UHGV virus genome: UHGV-0201915
Length of the DNA: 44,587 nucleotides
Strand: one strand, 5' to 3'
Source: a virus
Shown here: piece by piece, positions 25,403-35,100 of the stretch
Layout of the letters: each line of letters opens with the position of its first letter
Position numbering within the stretch: position 1 is the stretch's first letter
Position numbers and translations under genes: made by a program
The notes under the pieces: model-generated
What the model was told of the DNA's origin: nothing
Database searches by the model: none
The model's input: only the letters and a program-made list of their open reading frames with translations

Positions 25403-25543
25403 ATGTGTGTGCATTGGTCAATGAATTGTAAAACCTGCGCTTTGTGTGGAGAGCCTATTCCAGATGCGTTGAAGGCAAGAGCAAGTGAAATTACCACTGG
25501 AAAATTAATGGCGAAGTTTTCAGCTCTGAGCCATTGTCTGTGA
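25403..25543 (+). CDS. Small Cys-rich protein (46 aa)
   Basis: ATG after an AAAGGAATGA RBS. Reads MCVHWSMNCKTCALCGEP. Confidence 0.3.
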   Translation: MCVHWSMNCKTCALCGEPIPDALKARASEITTGKLMAKFSALSHCL

Positions 25544-25773
25544 ATGAGATATTGCTAGAAGCTGCGATTGAATTTTTGCATGATATTGACTCTGAAAAGA
25601 TTGAGACTATTCAATTTAATTCAGCAAAACACGATGATCGATCAAGAGATGTCACGATTAAAATTACGTATCCGCCAGAGCTTACTGAGTTGGAGAAACA
25701 GGTGGACTATGCTCGGAGCCAAATTGAGCGTGACAAGGAGAGAAAGATGTTATGCCAAAAACATTCACGCTAA
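25534..25773 (+). CDS. Hypothetical protein
   Basis: 79 aa. Confidence 0.4.
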   Translation: MSVNEILLEAAIEFLHDIDSEKIETIQFNSAKHDDRSRDVTIKITYPPELTELEKQVDYARSQIERDKERKMLCQKHSR

Positions 25774-26055
25774 AAATTAAACTCAAATTTCCTTTCTATT
25801 GGTATTCTTTCAAGATTAAGTTTCAAAGTTTGTTCAACGAAGAATTAGCAGAAGATACATTTTGGTGGTTTATGCGCGATTTCGAAGAGAACAATGACAA
25901 ATATATCAAAGTTATTAAAAGTCGCTAGCACATCAGCTATCGGCTTTTTATTATGCCTTCTTACTGCTTACAGGCGTTAAAGAGAAAGCTGTTCCGGTTG
26001 ACTGGCGTAACTGGTCAAATATATCGGGTAGCGGCGTAACCGTGGGGGTTTACTC

Positions 26056-26679
26056 ATGAAAAAAAGTTTATTAATGCCTATGAAACTTCAATTTTTTGCT
26101 GAACAAGATGGCGGTTCTCAAGAAACGACGTCGACTGAAACAACTGAAACCACCACAGATGAAACAAAGAAGGAAGAAACTGGCAAAACATTTTCTCGTG
26201 ATGATGTAGCAAAAATGATTGCTGCTGAAACGAATAAAGCAGTAACAGCAGCAGAAGAGAAATGGCGCAATGAAAAAGCTGAAGCTGAAAAGTTGGCCGA
26301 AATGAACGAAAAAGACAAGGCAGATTATGAGCGTCAAAAGCTTGAAGAAAAAATTGCTGAATACGAGAGAAAAGACAATTTAGCTAAGATGTCTGAAAAA
26401 GCTAGTGAAATGTTATCTGATAAGGGAGCGGTTCCCACTAAAGAAATTCTTAGTTTGATTGTTACGGAAGATGCTGAATCAACCTCAAACAACGTCAAAA
26501 CGTATTTAGCTGCTATCGAGCAAGAACGTGAATCGATTAAAGCTGATTTTGAAAAGCGTTTAGGGGGGAAAGTTCCATTAGACGGAACGGATTCACCTAG
26601 TCTTTCTCGCGGAGCTCAAATGGCGAAAGAAGCAAATAACCAAGCAAAGCAACCAGAAAATGACCCTTGGTCAATTTAA
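26056..26679 (+). CDS. Capsid scaffolding protein (LQFFAE family)
   Basis: The N-terminus MKKSLLMPMKLQFFAEQDGG carries the LQFFA signature of siphovirus scaffold proteins. The remainder is E/K-rich coiled coil. Confidence 0.8.
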   Translation: MKKSLLMPMKLQFFAEQDGGSQETTSTETTETTTDETKKEETGKTFSRDDVAKMIAAETNKAVTAAEEKWRNEKAEAEKLAEMNEKDKADYERQKLEEKIAEYERKDNLAKMSEKASEMLSDKGAVPTKEILSLIVTEDAESTSNNVKTYLAAIEQERESIKADFEKRLGGKVPLDGTDSPSLSRGAQMAKEANNQAKQPENDPWSI

Positions 26680-26695
26680 CTAGGAGGAAAAGTAA

Positions 26696-27037
26696 ATGGT
26701 CTATGTAAAAAAAGTAGAAACGATTAATAATATTAACTTTTTGAAAAGTCAAAAATTCTTATCATTCACGAAACAAGTTGATGATACTCATGCAGGTGTG
26801 GTAGAGGGAGTATTGCCAGCAGGATCGATTTATCCGGCAAATGATGGAACGGCCGAAGGTATTACGATTAACGATATTGATGTTACTAAAGGCCCACAAC
26901 CTGTCGGCGTGATCGTTGAAGGGCATGTCCTAATTGAGCGTTTGCCAGTTAAACCTAGCAACGAGGCTCAAAAAGTAATGCGTGAAATCAAATTGTATGA
27001 TGCAGATGGTAAATTACTTGCAATCCCAACTGCGTAA
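26696..27037 (+). CDS. Hypothetical head protein (between scaffold and capsid genes)
   Basis: 113 aa. AGGAGGAAAAG RBS. Confidence 0.45.
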   Translation: MVYVKKVETINNINFLKSQKFLSFTKQVDDTHAGVVEGVLPAGSIYPANDGTAEGITINDIDVTKGPQPVGVIVEGHVLIERLPVKPSNEAQKVMREIKLYDADGKLLAIPTA

Positions 27038-27062
27038 ATAGAGAAAATAGGAGGATGGATTA

Positions 27063-28070
27063 ATGGCAAATATTGCAGAATTATTTTCACAACGTAACGT
27101 TTTAGATTACGTAAACAACCGACAAGCTCCAGCATTATTGGGAGAAACTTTGTTTCCGGCACGTAAGGTGCAAGGATTAGAATTTGATATTTTGAAAGCG
27201 GGAACTCGTATTCCAACGATCGCTAGTGTTCATGCATTCGATACAGAAGCGGAAATTGCTTCTCGTGTTGCTTCTCGTAGCGCACAAGAGTTAGCGTTTA
27301 TCAAACGTAAGATTCAATTAAAGGAAAAAGACTTAATCGCGTTACGAAATCCAAGAACGGCTGAGGAACAACGGTTCTTAGAGCAAGAAGTGTATAACGA
27401 TGTGTATTCAATGGTTTCCTCTGTGAATGCTCGTGTTGAAAAAATGCGTATGGAAGTATTATCAGATGGTAAAGTGACGTTGGATGAGAACGGATTGGAC
27501 TTAGTAGTTGATTACGGAGTACCTGATGATCATAAGGCCACTGTTGATTTTGCACTTCCAAGTACTGATGTTATTGGTTTGTTAACAGATTGGTCAGCGG
27601 CATTAGATACCCCACCAACTCGTATTTTGACATCAACTAAAGTTCGAAACGCGATTCTAAAAAACGCAGGTATCAAGGCATACTTTAAAGATGCAGGCCT
27701 ATTACCAACTCCAGGAGCATTAAATCAAATTATGGAGCAATTCGGATTACCGACAATTGCGACGTATGACGCGAAGTACTACAAAGAAGATGCGAATGGT
27801 AAGTTGATAAAAGAACGCTACTTCCCAGAACACAAACTCGTGATGTTCGGTTCGGAAAATCCTGGGGAATCTATTTTTGGTGTAACTCCTGAAGAGTCAC
27901 GATTGTTATCTGGTGGTTCTAAAGATTATTCAGTAGGTAATGTGATTGCGATGGTTTATGAATCAAATCTCGATCCAGTTGGTACATGGACTAAGGCGGC
28001 AGGGACTGCTTTACCAAGTTTTCCTGAAGCTGATAACGTATTCCAGGCTACTGTTTTAGCAGAGGCATAG
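27063..28070 (+). CDS. Major capsid protein
   Basis: 335 aa, downstream of the scaffold gene. Assigned by size and position. Confidence 0.75.
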   Translation: MANIAELFSQRNVLDYVNNRQAPALLGETLFPARKVQGLEFDILKAGTRIPTIASVHAFDTEAEIASRVASRSAQELAFIKRKIQLKEKDLIALRNPRTAEEQRFLEQEVYNDVYSMVSSVNARVEKMRMEVLSDGKVTLDENGLDLVVDYGVPDDHKATVDFALPSTDVIGLLTDWSAALDTPPTRILTSTKVRNAILKNAGIKAYFKDAGLLPTPGALNQIMEQFGLPTIATYDAKYYKEDANGKLIKERYFPEHKLVMFGSENPGESIFGVTPEESRLLSGGSKDYSVGNVIAMVYESNLDPVGTWTKAAGTALPSFPEADNVFQATVLAEA

Positions 28071-28080
28071 GAGAAAAGAT

Positions 28081-28299
28081 ATGGCAAAATATGAAGTTGC
28101 AAAAGAGTTCAAGGACGCATATACCAAGAAAACCTATCAAGTTGGAGAAGTAATTGAACTTACAAAACAGCGCGCTAAAGAAATTGATGATAACTTAGTT
28201 GCATTTGGTGGCGGTTATATTCATCAAGTTAAATCAAGTGCGCCGATAGAAAAAGTACAAAAAGATGAACAGCCAAAGAAAGCCAGCAAGAAAAAATAG
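28081..28299 (+). CDS. Small head-associated protein
   Basis: 72 aa with a Lys-rich C-terminus. Confidence 0.45.
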   Translation: MAKYEVAKEFKDAYTKKTYQVGEVIELTKQRAKEIDDNLVAFGGGYIHQVKSSAPIEKVQKDEQPKKASKKK

Positions 28300-28321
28300 T
28301 CACAAGGAAGGTTGTGATTAA

Positions 28322-28648
28322 ATGTCAATCATTGATGATGTAAAAAAACTTCTAAATGGTACTTTGGATGAAAAGTTAGAAATTGTCGAAAGACGGACAA
28401 AGGAACGTTTATCAAGTTTGGTTAAACTAGACAACGTTCCTGAACAATTAGACTATATTTCTTACGAAGTAACACTCAAACGGTTCAATCGAATCGGACA
28501 AGAAGGAATGACTTCGTATACACAGGAAGGATTGTCAATGGTTTTTCCTGACTCAGACTTTTCAGAGTATCAGCAAGAGATTGATGATTTCATAAAGAAT
28601 AATGACCCGAATTATTCGAACCGGACAAGTGCTGCGAGGTTTTTCTAA
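28322..28648 (+). CDS. Head-tail connector / gp6-like DNA-packaging protein
   Basis: 108 aa. Assigned by position and similarity to gp6-like head-tail connectors. Confidence 0.6.
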   Translation: MSIIDDVKKLLNGTLDEKLEIVERRTKERLSSLVKLDNVPEQLDYISYEVTLKRFNRIGQEGMTSYTQEGLSMVFPDSDFSEYQQEIDDFIKNNDPNYSNRTSAARFF

Positions 28649-28965
28649 TGAGGTATACAGATAAAATTACCTTTATTAAGGAGTCTGAAAAATCTCACTA
28701 TGATACAAATTTGGGAGAATGGATCGAAGAACCACCGATAAGAATCTCAACTGATGCAAACGTCACTGATCTAGGTACTAATCGATCAATGGCATTATTC
28801 GGTAGTATAAAACAAGGGGCTAAAGTCGTTCGGACTCAGCCTCTTTTTGTTGTTCCCGAATGGGATCAAATTGAAATTGATAACAAGATTTATCAATTGA
28901 CAACAGAGAGAATACCTAGTGAAAGAACTTCTATCATTGTAGAGGAGGTTATTCCAGATGGCTAG
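28648..28965 (+). CDS. Head closure / head-tail adaptor protein
   Basis: 105 aa, translationally coupled (ATG overlaps the upstream TAA). Confidence 0.5.
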   Translation: MRYTDKITFIKESEKSHYDTNLGEWIEEPPIRISTDANVTDLGTNRSMALFGSIKQGAKVVRTQPLFVVPEWDQIEIDNKIYQLTTERIPSERTSIIVEEVIPDG

Positions 28966-29299
28966 AAACTCATTAAGTTTTAACGGTATTGGCGCTCTGG
29001 AATCGAAATTAAAACGTAACGCGTCAATGAATGAAGTAAAAAATATTGTCAAATCAAATGGTGCTGAGTTAAATGCTAATGCGGCACGAAAAGCGCCAGT
29101 AGATACTGGTTTTTTACGACGATCAATTGTTTTTGAGATTGCTAACTTTGGCTTATCTGCACGGTCTGTGGCGCTTGCTGAGTATGCACCTTATTTAGAA
29201 TACGGTACGCGCTTCATGTCTGCACAACCATTTATGGGACCGGCCTTCCGAGCACAAAAAGAAAAATTCAAAAGTGACATGCAAAGGTTGGTGCGCTAA
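28958..29299 (+). CDS. HK97 gp10-family tail-completion protein
   Basis: [19 protein letters not shown] matches the gp10 family motif (PVDTG.LR.S). Confidence 0.7.
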   Translation: MARNSLSFNGIGALESKLKRNASMNEVKNIVKSNGAELNANAARKAPVDTGFLRRSIVFEIANFGLSARSVALAEYAPYLEYGTRFMSAQPFMGPAFRAQKEKFKSDMQRLVR

Positions 29300-29688
29300 T
29301 GATCAAAACAAGAGACCAGTCGATTTTTGATGAAATGTACAAACGATCAGAGGAGCTGGGGTATTCGACTTTTGACTACAAACCGAAAAACGAAAAGAAC
29401 TACCCGTTTGTAGAGTTCGAACGTTCTGAAACAGTACATGTACCAAACAAAACGGATATCAAAGGTTCTGTCACTCTTCTACTGTCGGTATGGGGATTGC
29501 AGAAAAAGAGGAAGCAGGTGTCGGATATGGCAGCTGCTCTTTTTGATGCCGCAAAAAATATTAACAAGACTGATGGCTACTCATGGTCATTAAACATTCA
29601 ATCAAGTGGTATTCAGATCATGGATGACACGACAACGAACACGCCCTTAAAGCGGGCGATGATCACACTCGAATTTCGAGTATTTTAG
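29299..29688 (+). CDS. Tail completion / neck protein
   Basis: 129 aa, coupled start (ATG overlaps the stop). Confidence 0.5.
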   Translation: MIKTRDQSIFDEMYKRSEELGYSTFDYKPKNEKNYPFVEFERSETVHVPNKTDIKGSVTLLLSVWGLQKKRKQVSDMAAALFDAAKNINKTDGYSWSLNIQSSGIQIMDDTTTNTPLKRAMITLEFRVF

Positions 29689-29699
29689 GAGGAAAACAG

Positions 29700-30212
29700 A
29701 TGGAAGCATTAAAAGGTATTGATTTAATCCTGCTTTATCGCATTTTGAGTAAGGCGAGCACAGAAGCAGCATGGAAGATGGCCTTTCAAACAGAACATGA
29801 AAACTCACTCACTCGTGATAGTGATGCAGTGGTAACGAAGGATGGAACGGTTCAAAGTCTCAAAACAGTTGCCTACGATTTCTCTGCGACTAGTTTAGTC
29901 GGCAAGGGTGATCCACATGTCGATGAAATGCGTCAAGCTATGATTGCAGGTGAACTGATCGAGATTTGGGAAATCAATCGTGTTGAAAAGGGCACCGGTG
30001 AAAATGCTGATAAATACAAGGCGACTTATTATCAAGCGTACATCGGCGAATATACACCGACTTCGAACGCTGAGGACAACGTAGAACTGTCGATGGCCTT
30101 TGCTGTTAATGGCGTGGGTCAAGATGGCTACGCTACGTTAACCGCCGAGCAAGAGGAAGTTGTTCAATACACATTCAAAGACACTGTGAAAGAGACTTTG
30201 CCTGAAGGCTAG
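29700..30212 (+). CDS. Major tail protein
   Basis: 170 aa, preceding the chaperone pair and the tape measure gene. Confidence 0.65.
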   Translation: MEALKGIDLILLYRILSKASTEAAWKMAFQTEHENSLTRDSDAVVTKDGTVQSLKTVAYDFSATSLVGKGDPHVDEMRQAMIAGELIEIWEINRVEKGTGENADKYKATYYQAYIGEYTPTSNAEDNVELSMAFAVNGVGQDGYATLTAEQEEVVQYTFKDTVKETLPEG

Positions 30213-30235
30213 TCTCTTTTTTAGGAGGAAATCAT

Positions 30236-30610
30236 ATGAAGATTACGATCAACAAAAAGGAATACACATTGCACTTTGGCTTGGACTTTATCGAGGCATT
30301 AGACAAAACAGAAATCATTGATCGGAACGGTATGCAGGTTGGGATGGGTACTCAGATGAATGTTGGTTTGTTGGCGGATTCCCGCAATCCTAAATATCTG
30401 GTCAATATTGTTCATGCAGCATTAACAACTGAGGACTCCACTCCTTCTATTTCAGATATTCGTCAATGGATTGAGGAGCAAGAGGACATCCCAGGTGTGA
30501 TTGATGCTTTTTTATTGCAGTTAGAGCAAGTCAACCTGTTAGCGGGCATGGTGAACTGGAAAGCCGTCAAAGTACAGAACAAAGAAGCACTCAAGAAGTT
30601 TCTCAAGTAA
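30236..30610 (+). CDS. Tail assembly chaperone (gpG analogue)
   Basis: 124 aa. It contains the slippery TTTTTTA site near its 3' end. Confidence 0.7.
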   Translation: MKITINKKEYTLHFGLDFIEALDKTEIIDRNGMQVGMGTQMNVGLLADSRNPKYLVNIVHAALTTEDSTPSISDIRQWIEEQEDIPGVIDAFLLQLEQVNLLAGMVNWKAVKVQNKEALKKFLK

Positions 30611-30948
30611 CAGTCGATGACATGAAAATTGAAATCATGCGCCATTACCCTTCCTTCTGTGATCCAAAGCAGCTGGGGAGGGTTACTTTGCGTCATTATT
30701 TTCAAATGATGAAGGCAGCACGTTTACGAGAGTTGGACAACGAGCAGAACATTCATCTAATGGCTTGGAAGAATCGTGAAATTGAAGCAACGAAAGACAA
30801 AGGAAAATACGTTTATACCCGCTTCGATGATTTCTTCAAGGCTGATAAACGTAAAGATGAACTATTGGGAAATCCGACGAAAAAAGTAATCAATGATCCG
30901 ACACAAAAGAAATTACTATTACTGGCCAATCGAGGAGGTGGAAGCTAA
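30508..30948 (+). CDS. Tail assembly chaperone G-T fusion extension via -1 programmed frameshift
   Basis: Slippery heptamer T TTT TTA at 30508-30514 in the zero frame (GCT TTT TTA). The -1 frame opens at 30505, just after a TGA at 30502-04, and continues through the annotated 30622..30948 ORF. Confidence 0.6.
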   Translation, partial: FFIAVRASQPVSGHGELESRQSTEQRSTQEVSQVTVDDMKIEIMRHYPSFCDPKQLGRVTLRHYFQMMKAARLRELDNEQNIHLMAWKNREIEATKDKGKYVYTRFDDFFKADKRKDELLGNPTKKVINDPTQKKLLLLANRGGGS

Positions 30949-33900
30949 ATGACAGAGAGCTATTCAGTTGAGGCGCGGCTATCAGCCGTAGACAACGGCT
31001 TTACAAGCACTATGGGTTCAGCAACGAAATCCCTACAAGGAATTGACAGCGGCTCTCAGAGCGCCACGAAATCGGTTGGAAGCTTTGTCCTCGGACTAGG
31101 GGCTTTGAAAGTAGCTTCCTCAGCATTCAAAGCTATTTCCACTTCGATGGATGCGGCGATTACCCGTTTTGATACGATGCAAAAGTATCCGAAAGTAATG
31201 TCAGCGCTTGGCTTCTCCACTGACGATTCTAGCAAGTCAGTCAAACGACTGGCAGACGGCATTGACGGTCTGCCGACCACATTAGATGCCGTTGTTTCCA
31301 CCGCTCAACGTATGACCGCTGTTACAGGGAACATGAATAAATCGACTGATGCGACTATCGCTTTGAACAATGCAATGTTAGCCAGTGGCGCTTCTACCGA
31401 AGGCGCAAGTCGCGGCATGGAGCAATACATTCAGATGCTGAGTACTGGGAAAGTCGATATGCAATCATGGCGAACGCTTCAAGAGACAATGCCGATTGGA
31501 TTACAGAAGACCGCTGAAGCGATGGGATTTGTCGGAGAAACCGCACAGACGGATCTCTATGCTGCACTGAAGGATGGCAAGATTACCTTTAAAGATTTCC
31601 AAAATCAACTAATTGAATTAGGTACCGGAACTGGTGAACTTGCTAAATTGGCGAAGGTGAACAGTGAAGGAATCGCAACATCTTTTGGGAACTTAAAGAA
31701 CGCAGCGGCTAAAGGAATCGCTAATGTCATTGAGTCAGTAGACAAGTTGACTCAAAAAGTGACGGGTAAAAATATCGCTCAGAACTTGGATAGTCTGAAA
31801 GGCGTAGTCAACACGACATTCTCTGCAATAGGTACGACGATTGAGAAATCAGAGCCGATTGTTTCTGCTTTTGCGGACGGATTGACGGGGCTGTATTCTG
31901 TCGCAAAACCTCTTTCTCCTGTGATTATAGGAGTCGGTGCAGCCTTTGGTACATGGAAAGTACTAACTACGGTTAATTCAGCACTTAAAACAGCTACTAC
32001 AACAATAAATGCTACTAAAGCAGCAAGTGAAGTATTGACATTAGTTACACAAAAACAAGCAGCGGCACAAGTGACAAAAACCGCAGCAACAAAAGCTGAT
32101 ATTACCGCTCAAACTATTCAAAACGGACAACTGACACTGGGGACAGCAGCGTTGGGGATTTTCACTGGTGCGTTGTCAGTATCTGAAGTGGCGACAATAG
32201 GAATGACGGTGGCAACTTCAGCCTTTAATGCTGCATTATCAGCCCTACCGTTAATAGCTGTGGCAGCAGGTATCGGGGCTTTAGTGGCTGGTGGAGTTGC
32301 TTTGTGGAAACATCTAAATAAAGACAGTGAAGCCGTTAAGAAGCTTAAAGGCAGCCAAGAAGAACTACTGGAAACATCAAAAGAAGTAGCGGAGTCAGTA
32401 GATCAGAATGCTCAGAATCGTAAAGATGAAATCTCTACGATTGAAAATAGCACGAAGTCCTATCAGACATTAATTTCTGAGCTTGATCGTTTATCCGAAA
32501 AGGAAAAGAAAACGACAGGCGAGAAAAATAAAATGAAAGATATGGTCGAGGAACTGAACAACTCAGTTGCTGGATTGAACCTTGCTTATGATGCGCAAAA
32601 CGACAGTTTGTCGCAAACACCGTCTAAGATTCGGGAACAGGTAGCCGCATTCAAAGAATTAGACAAAGCGGCAGAAGCACAACAGCAGTTAAACGCCATC
32701 ATCGAGGAACGAAACACGCTTGAAGGCAAACTTTCTGAGATCAACGAACAGCGAAAAGAATGGAACTCAGTTGTCGCAAGTAGTCCGATTGAAGTGAAAA
32801 AAGTGAATGATGCGTTAAAAGAATTAGACGCACAAGAAGCAACGCTGAAAGAAACACAGAGTGCCCTTCAAACGGAGTTTCAAAACACCTCTCAGATTCA
32901 CCAAGACGCAATGAACAATGCGACAGCCGCTGTTGATGCGGGCGTATTCAAGCAACAGGCATCTTATAACTCACTGAATGAAACACAAAAAGAAGTCATG
33001 GATTCCATGCGAGCTGAATATCAAAGCTTACAAGAACAAGCGACCAACGCTTTTGATCAGATTTCTCAGAAAACAGCCGTATCAACTGAAGAAATGATCA
33101 CAAATATGCAAAAGAATCAAGAAGTCATCAGTCAGTGGGGGCAGAATCTTGCCACACTTGCTGAGCGAGATATTAACCAAGGGTTCCTTGAACAGTTGCG
33201 TCAAATGGGTCCTGAAGGTGCGGCACAAGCGGCAGAACTCGTAAATGCTTCAGACGAACAATTGCAGCGCCTGAACGCTGTTTACGCAAATGGCGGATCG
33301 GCTGCAATGAACGCCATGAAGCAATCCTTAAATCTTGAAAAGGTTGGCGTGAATGAAGAAGTAGCCACGATCATTCCAGAAGCACAAGCTACATTACAGA
33401 GCAAAATTGCCGGTGCAGATTTCGGTTCAGTCGGCAGTGATATGTCATCAAATATTAAAGCCGGAATTGAAAGCAGCAAACATCAAGTATCAGATATCAC
33501 AGGTAAGATGATCGATGATGCGGCAACAGCAGCGAAAACTAAAGCTTCAACTGCCAACTTTAAAGATATCGGTGTTCAAATTCCAAATGGAATGAAAGAG
33601 GGCATTGATAGCGGCAAAGGTAACGCTGAAAAATCCGCGGAGAGCATGGCGGAAGGTATCACAACGAAAGCCAAAGCAAAATTAGGCGTTCACAGCCCAT
33701 CTAGGGTCTTCAATGAGATTGGGGCAAATGTCGATCAAGGAATGACAGACGGTATCAATGAAAACAAAGATGGTCCAAGCTCAGCTATTACCTCAGTTGC
33801 TGATGGCATGGTTTCGGCAATGCAAGGTCTACCGGATCAAATGAGATCTTCTGGTGTTATGGCTATGAATGGTCTAACGAACGGAATCTACGAAGGAAGT

Positions 33901-34308
33901 TCAGGACCATTAGCTGCAGCACAAAGCATTGCGAATCAAATCATTGACACCATTAACTCTGCTTTGGATATTCACAGTCCCTCAAGAGTCTTGATGGCTA
34001 CTGGTGAGTTTGCTACAGAAGGATTGGAAATCGGGATGCTGAATAATTTGAACAATTTGACAACAAGTGCGAAAAAGCTTTCTCAGACAATCGTTGATTC
34101 GTTTTCTGGAAGAACTGGCTTTGGTTTAGCAAGTAGTTTGGTCGGGCGGAAGCACTCTAACTTGAATCTACAGTTAGGCGACAATCAGATGAAAGCTAAG
34201 CAACCTCTGCAACTGAACCTGCATGTAGGGAATCAAGTTCTAAAATATTTCGTCGAGGACATTTCTGATATCCAAGGCGCTAAAGCTGATTTATACTCGC
34301 AAATTTAA
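30949..34308 (+). CDS. Tape measure protein
   Basis: 1119 aa, Ala/Gly/Ser-rich with coiled-coil and TM-like segments, following the chaperone pair. Confidence 0.95.
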   Translation: MTESYSVEARLSAVDNGFTSTMGSATKSLQGIDSGSQSATKSVGSFVLGLGALKVASSAFKAISTSMDAAITRFDTMQKYPKVMSALGFSTDDSSKSVKRLADGIDGLPTTLDAVVSTAQRMTAVTGNMNKSTDATIALNNAMLASGASTEGASRGMEQYIQMLSTGKVDMQSWRTLQETMPIGLQKTAEAMGFVGETAQTDLYAALKDGKITFKDFQNQLIELGTGTGELAKLAKVNSEGIATSFGNLKNAAAKGIANVIESVDKLTQKVTGKNIAQNLDSLKGVVNTTFSAIGTTIEKSEPIVSAFADGLTGLYSVAKPLSPVIIGVGAAFGTWKVLTTVNSALKTATTTINATKAASEVLTLVTQKQAAAQVTKTAATKADITAQTIQNGQLTLGTAALGIFTGALSVSEVATIGMTVATSAFNAALSALPLIAVAAGIGALVAGGVALWKHLNKDSEAVKKLKGSQEELLETSKEVAESVDQNAQNRKDEISTIENSTKSYQTLISELDRLSEKEKKTTGEKNKMKDMVEELNNSVAGLNLAYDAQNDSLSQTPSKIREQVAAFKELDKAAEAQQQLNAIIEERNTLEGKLSEINEQRKEWNSVVASSPIEVKKVNDALKELDAQEATLKETQSALQTEFQNTSQIHQDAMNNATAAVDAGVFKQQASYNSLNETQKEVMDSMRAEYQSLQEQATNAFDQISQKTAVSTEEMITNMQKNQEVISQWGQNLATLAERDINQGFLEQLRQMGPEGAAQAAELVNASDEQLQRLNAVYANGGSAAMNAMKQSLNLEKVGVNEEVATIIPEAQATLQSKIAGADFGSVGSDMSSNIKAGIESSKHQVSDITGKMIDDAATAAKTKASTANFKDIGVQIPNGMKEGIDSGKGNAEKSAESMAEGITTKAKAKLGVHSPSRVFNEIGANVDQGMTDGINENKDGPSSAITSVADGMVSAMQGLPDQMRSSGVMAMNGLTNGIYEGSSGPLAAAQSIANQIIDTINSALDIHSPSRVLMATGEFATEGLEIGMLNNLNNLTTSAKKLSQTIVDSFSGRTGFGLASSLVGRKHSNLNLQLGDNQMKAKQPLQLNLHVGNQVLKYFVEDISDIQGAKADLYSQI

Positions 34309-34323
34309 GGGAGGGGATCGAAA

Positions 34324-35100
34324 TTGTATAAATTTAGAGATACGGTCGCGGGTCTAAGCCCTGTAGATTTCGAGAACCTTCCAACATCTGCGATGATGTA
34401 CAACGGAAAGTATCTCGAAAATGTAATCGAGGGGTATCAAACACTCACTGTTACAGGTCGGGAAATGATCTCGCTTGAGATCGATAGTGATGCCATCAAA
34501 GTTGGGGCGCTGATTTCTATGCAGCGCATTCAACCGAGAGTGCTCACTGTTCAATACAAGCTAGAAGACAACGACCCAGAAGAGCTGCAGAACAAATTCA
34601 AGCAACTGATGATCCTGCTCTATCAAGAAGAGGATGTCGAAATCTCCTTCAAAGATGAGCCAGGCATCAACTACTTAGGCCGGTATTCGGAAACAGATGA
34701 CGTGCCAGGAGATACGAACAGCATTTTTTCTTCCTTCTCCATTTATTGTCAGGACCCGCGGAAGTATTCGAAAACGAAACAAACAGGGGTCAACATTACC
34801 ATTCATTCGCCTGTCGAGACACCACCAGAAAAAATTGTGGTGAAATTGGCGAGAAGCCAAAGCATCAAGATCACTAACTTGAACACCAAGGCAGTTATCA
34901 GAATTACTGGTGCCGCAATCTATGCCAATGACGTTCTCACCTTTGATTTGGATCAAGGTATCTTACTAGTGAACGGAAAAGATATGACCAGCATTTTAGA
35001 CTTGGAGTCAGACTTCGAAAACTTCTTTATTCACCGTGGGGATAAACTAACCTGCGACAATGGACAAATGACGATTTATGCACGGGAGGTGTATCTGTGA
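34324..35100 (+). CDS. Distal tail protein (Dit)
   Basis: 258 aa, TTG start after a GGGAGGGGA RBS, immediately after the tape measure gene. Confidence 0.7.
   Translation: MYKFRDTVAGLSPVDFENLPTSAMMYNGKYLENVIEGYQTLTVTGREMISLEIDSDAIKVGALISMQRIQPRVLTVQYKLEDNDPEELQNKFKQLMILLYQEEDVEISFKDEPGINYLGRYSETDDVPGDTNSIFSSFSIYCQDPRKYSKTKQTGVNITIHSPVETPPEKIVVKLARSQSIKITNLNTKAVIRITGAAIYANDVLTFDLDQGILLVNGKDMTSILDLESDFENFFIHRGDKLTCDNGQMTIYAREVYL

Noticed and set aside
26071-26337. Minus-strand ORFs inside the scaffold gene
   Set aside because: Low-complexity reverse translation of the E/K-rich scaffold coding sequence.
30622-30948. Treating 30622..30948 as an independent gene initiated at its ATG
   Set aside because: No RBS precedes the ATG. 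The -1 frame is open from 30505 and a TTTTTTA slippery site lies at 30508. It is better explained as the frameshift extension, though independent initiation cannot be excluded.
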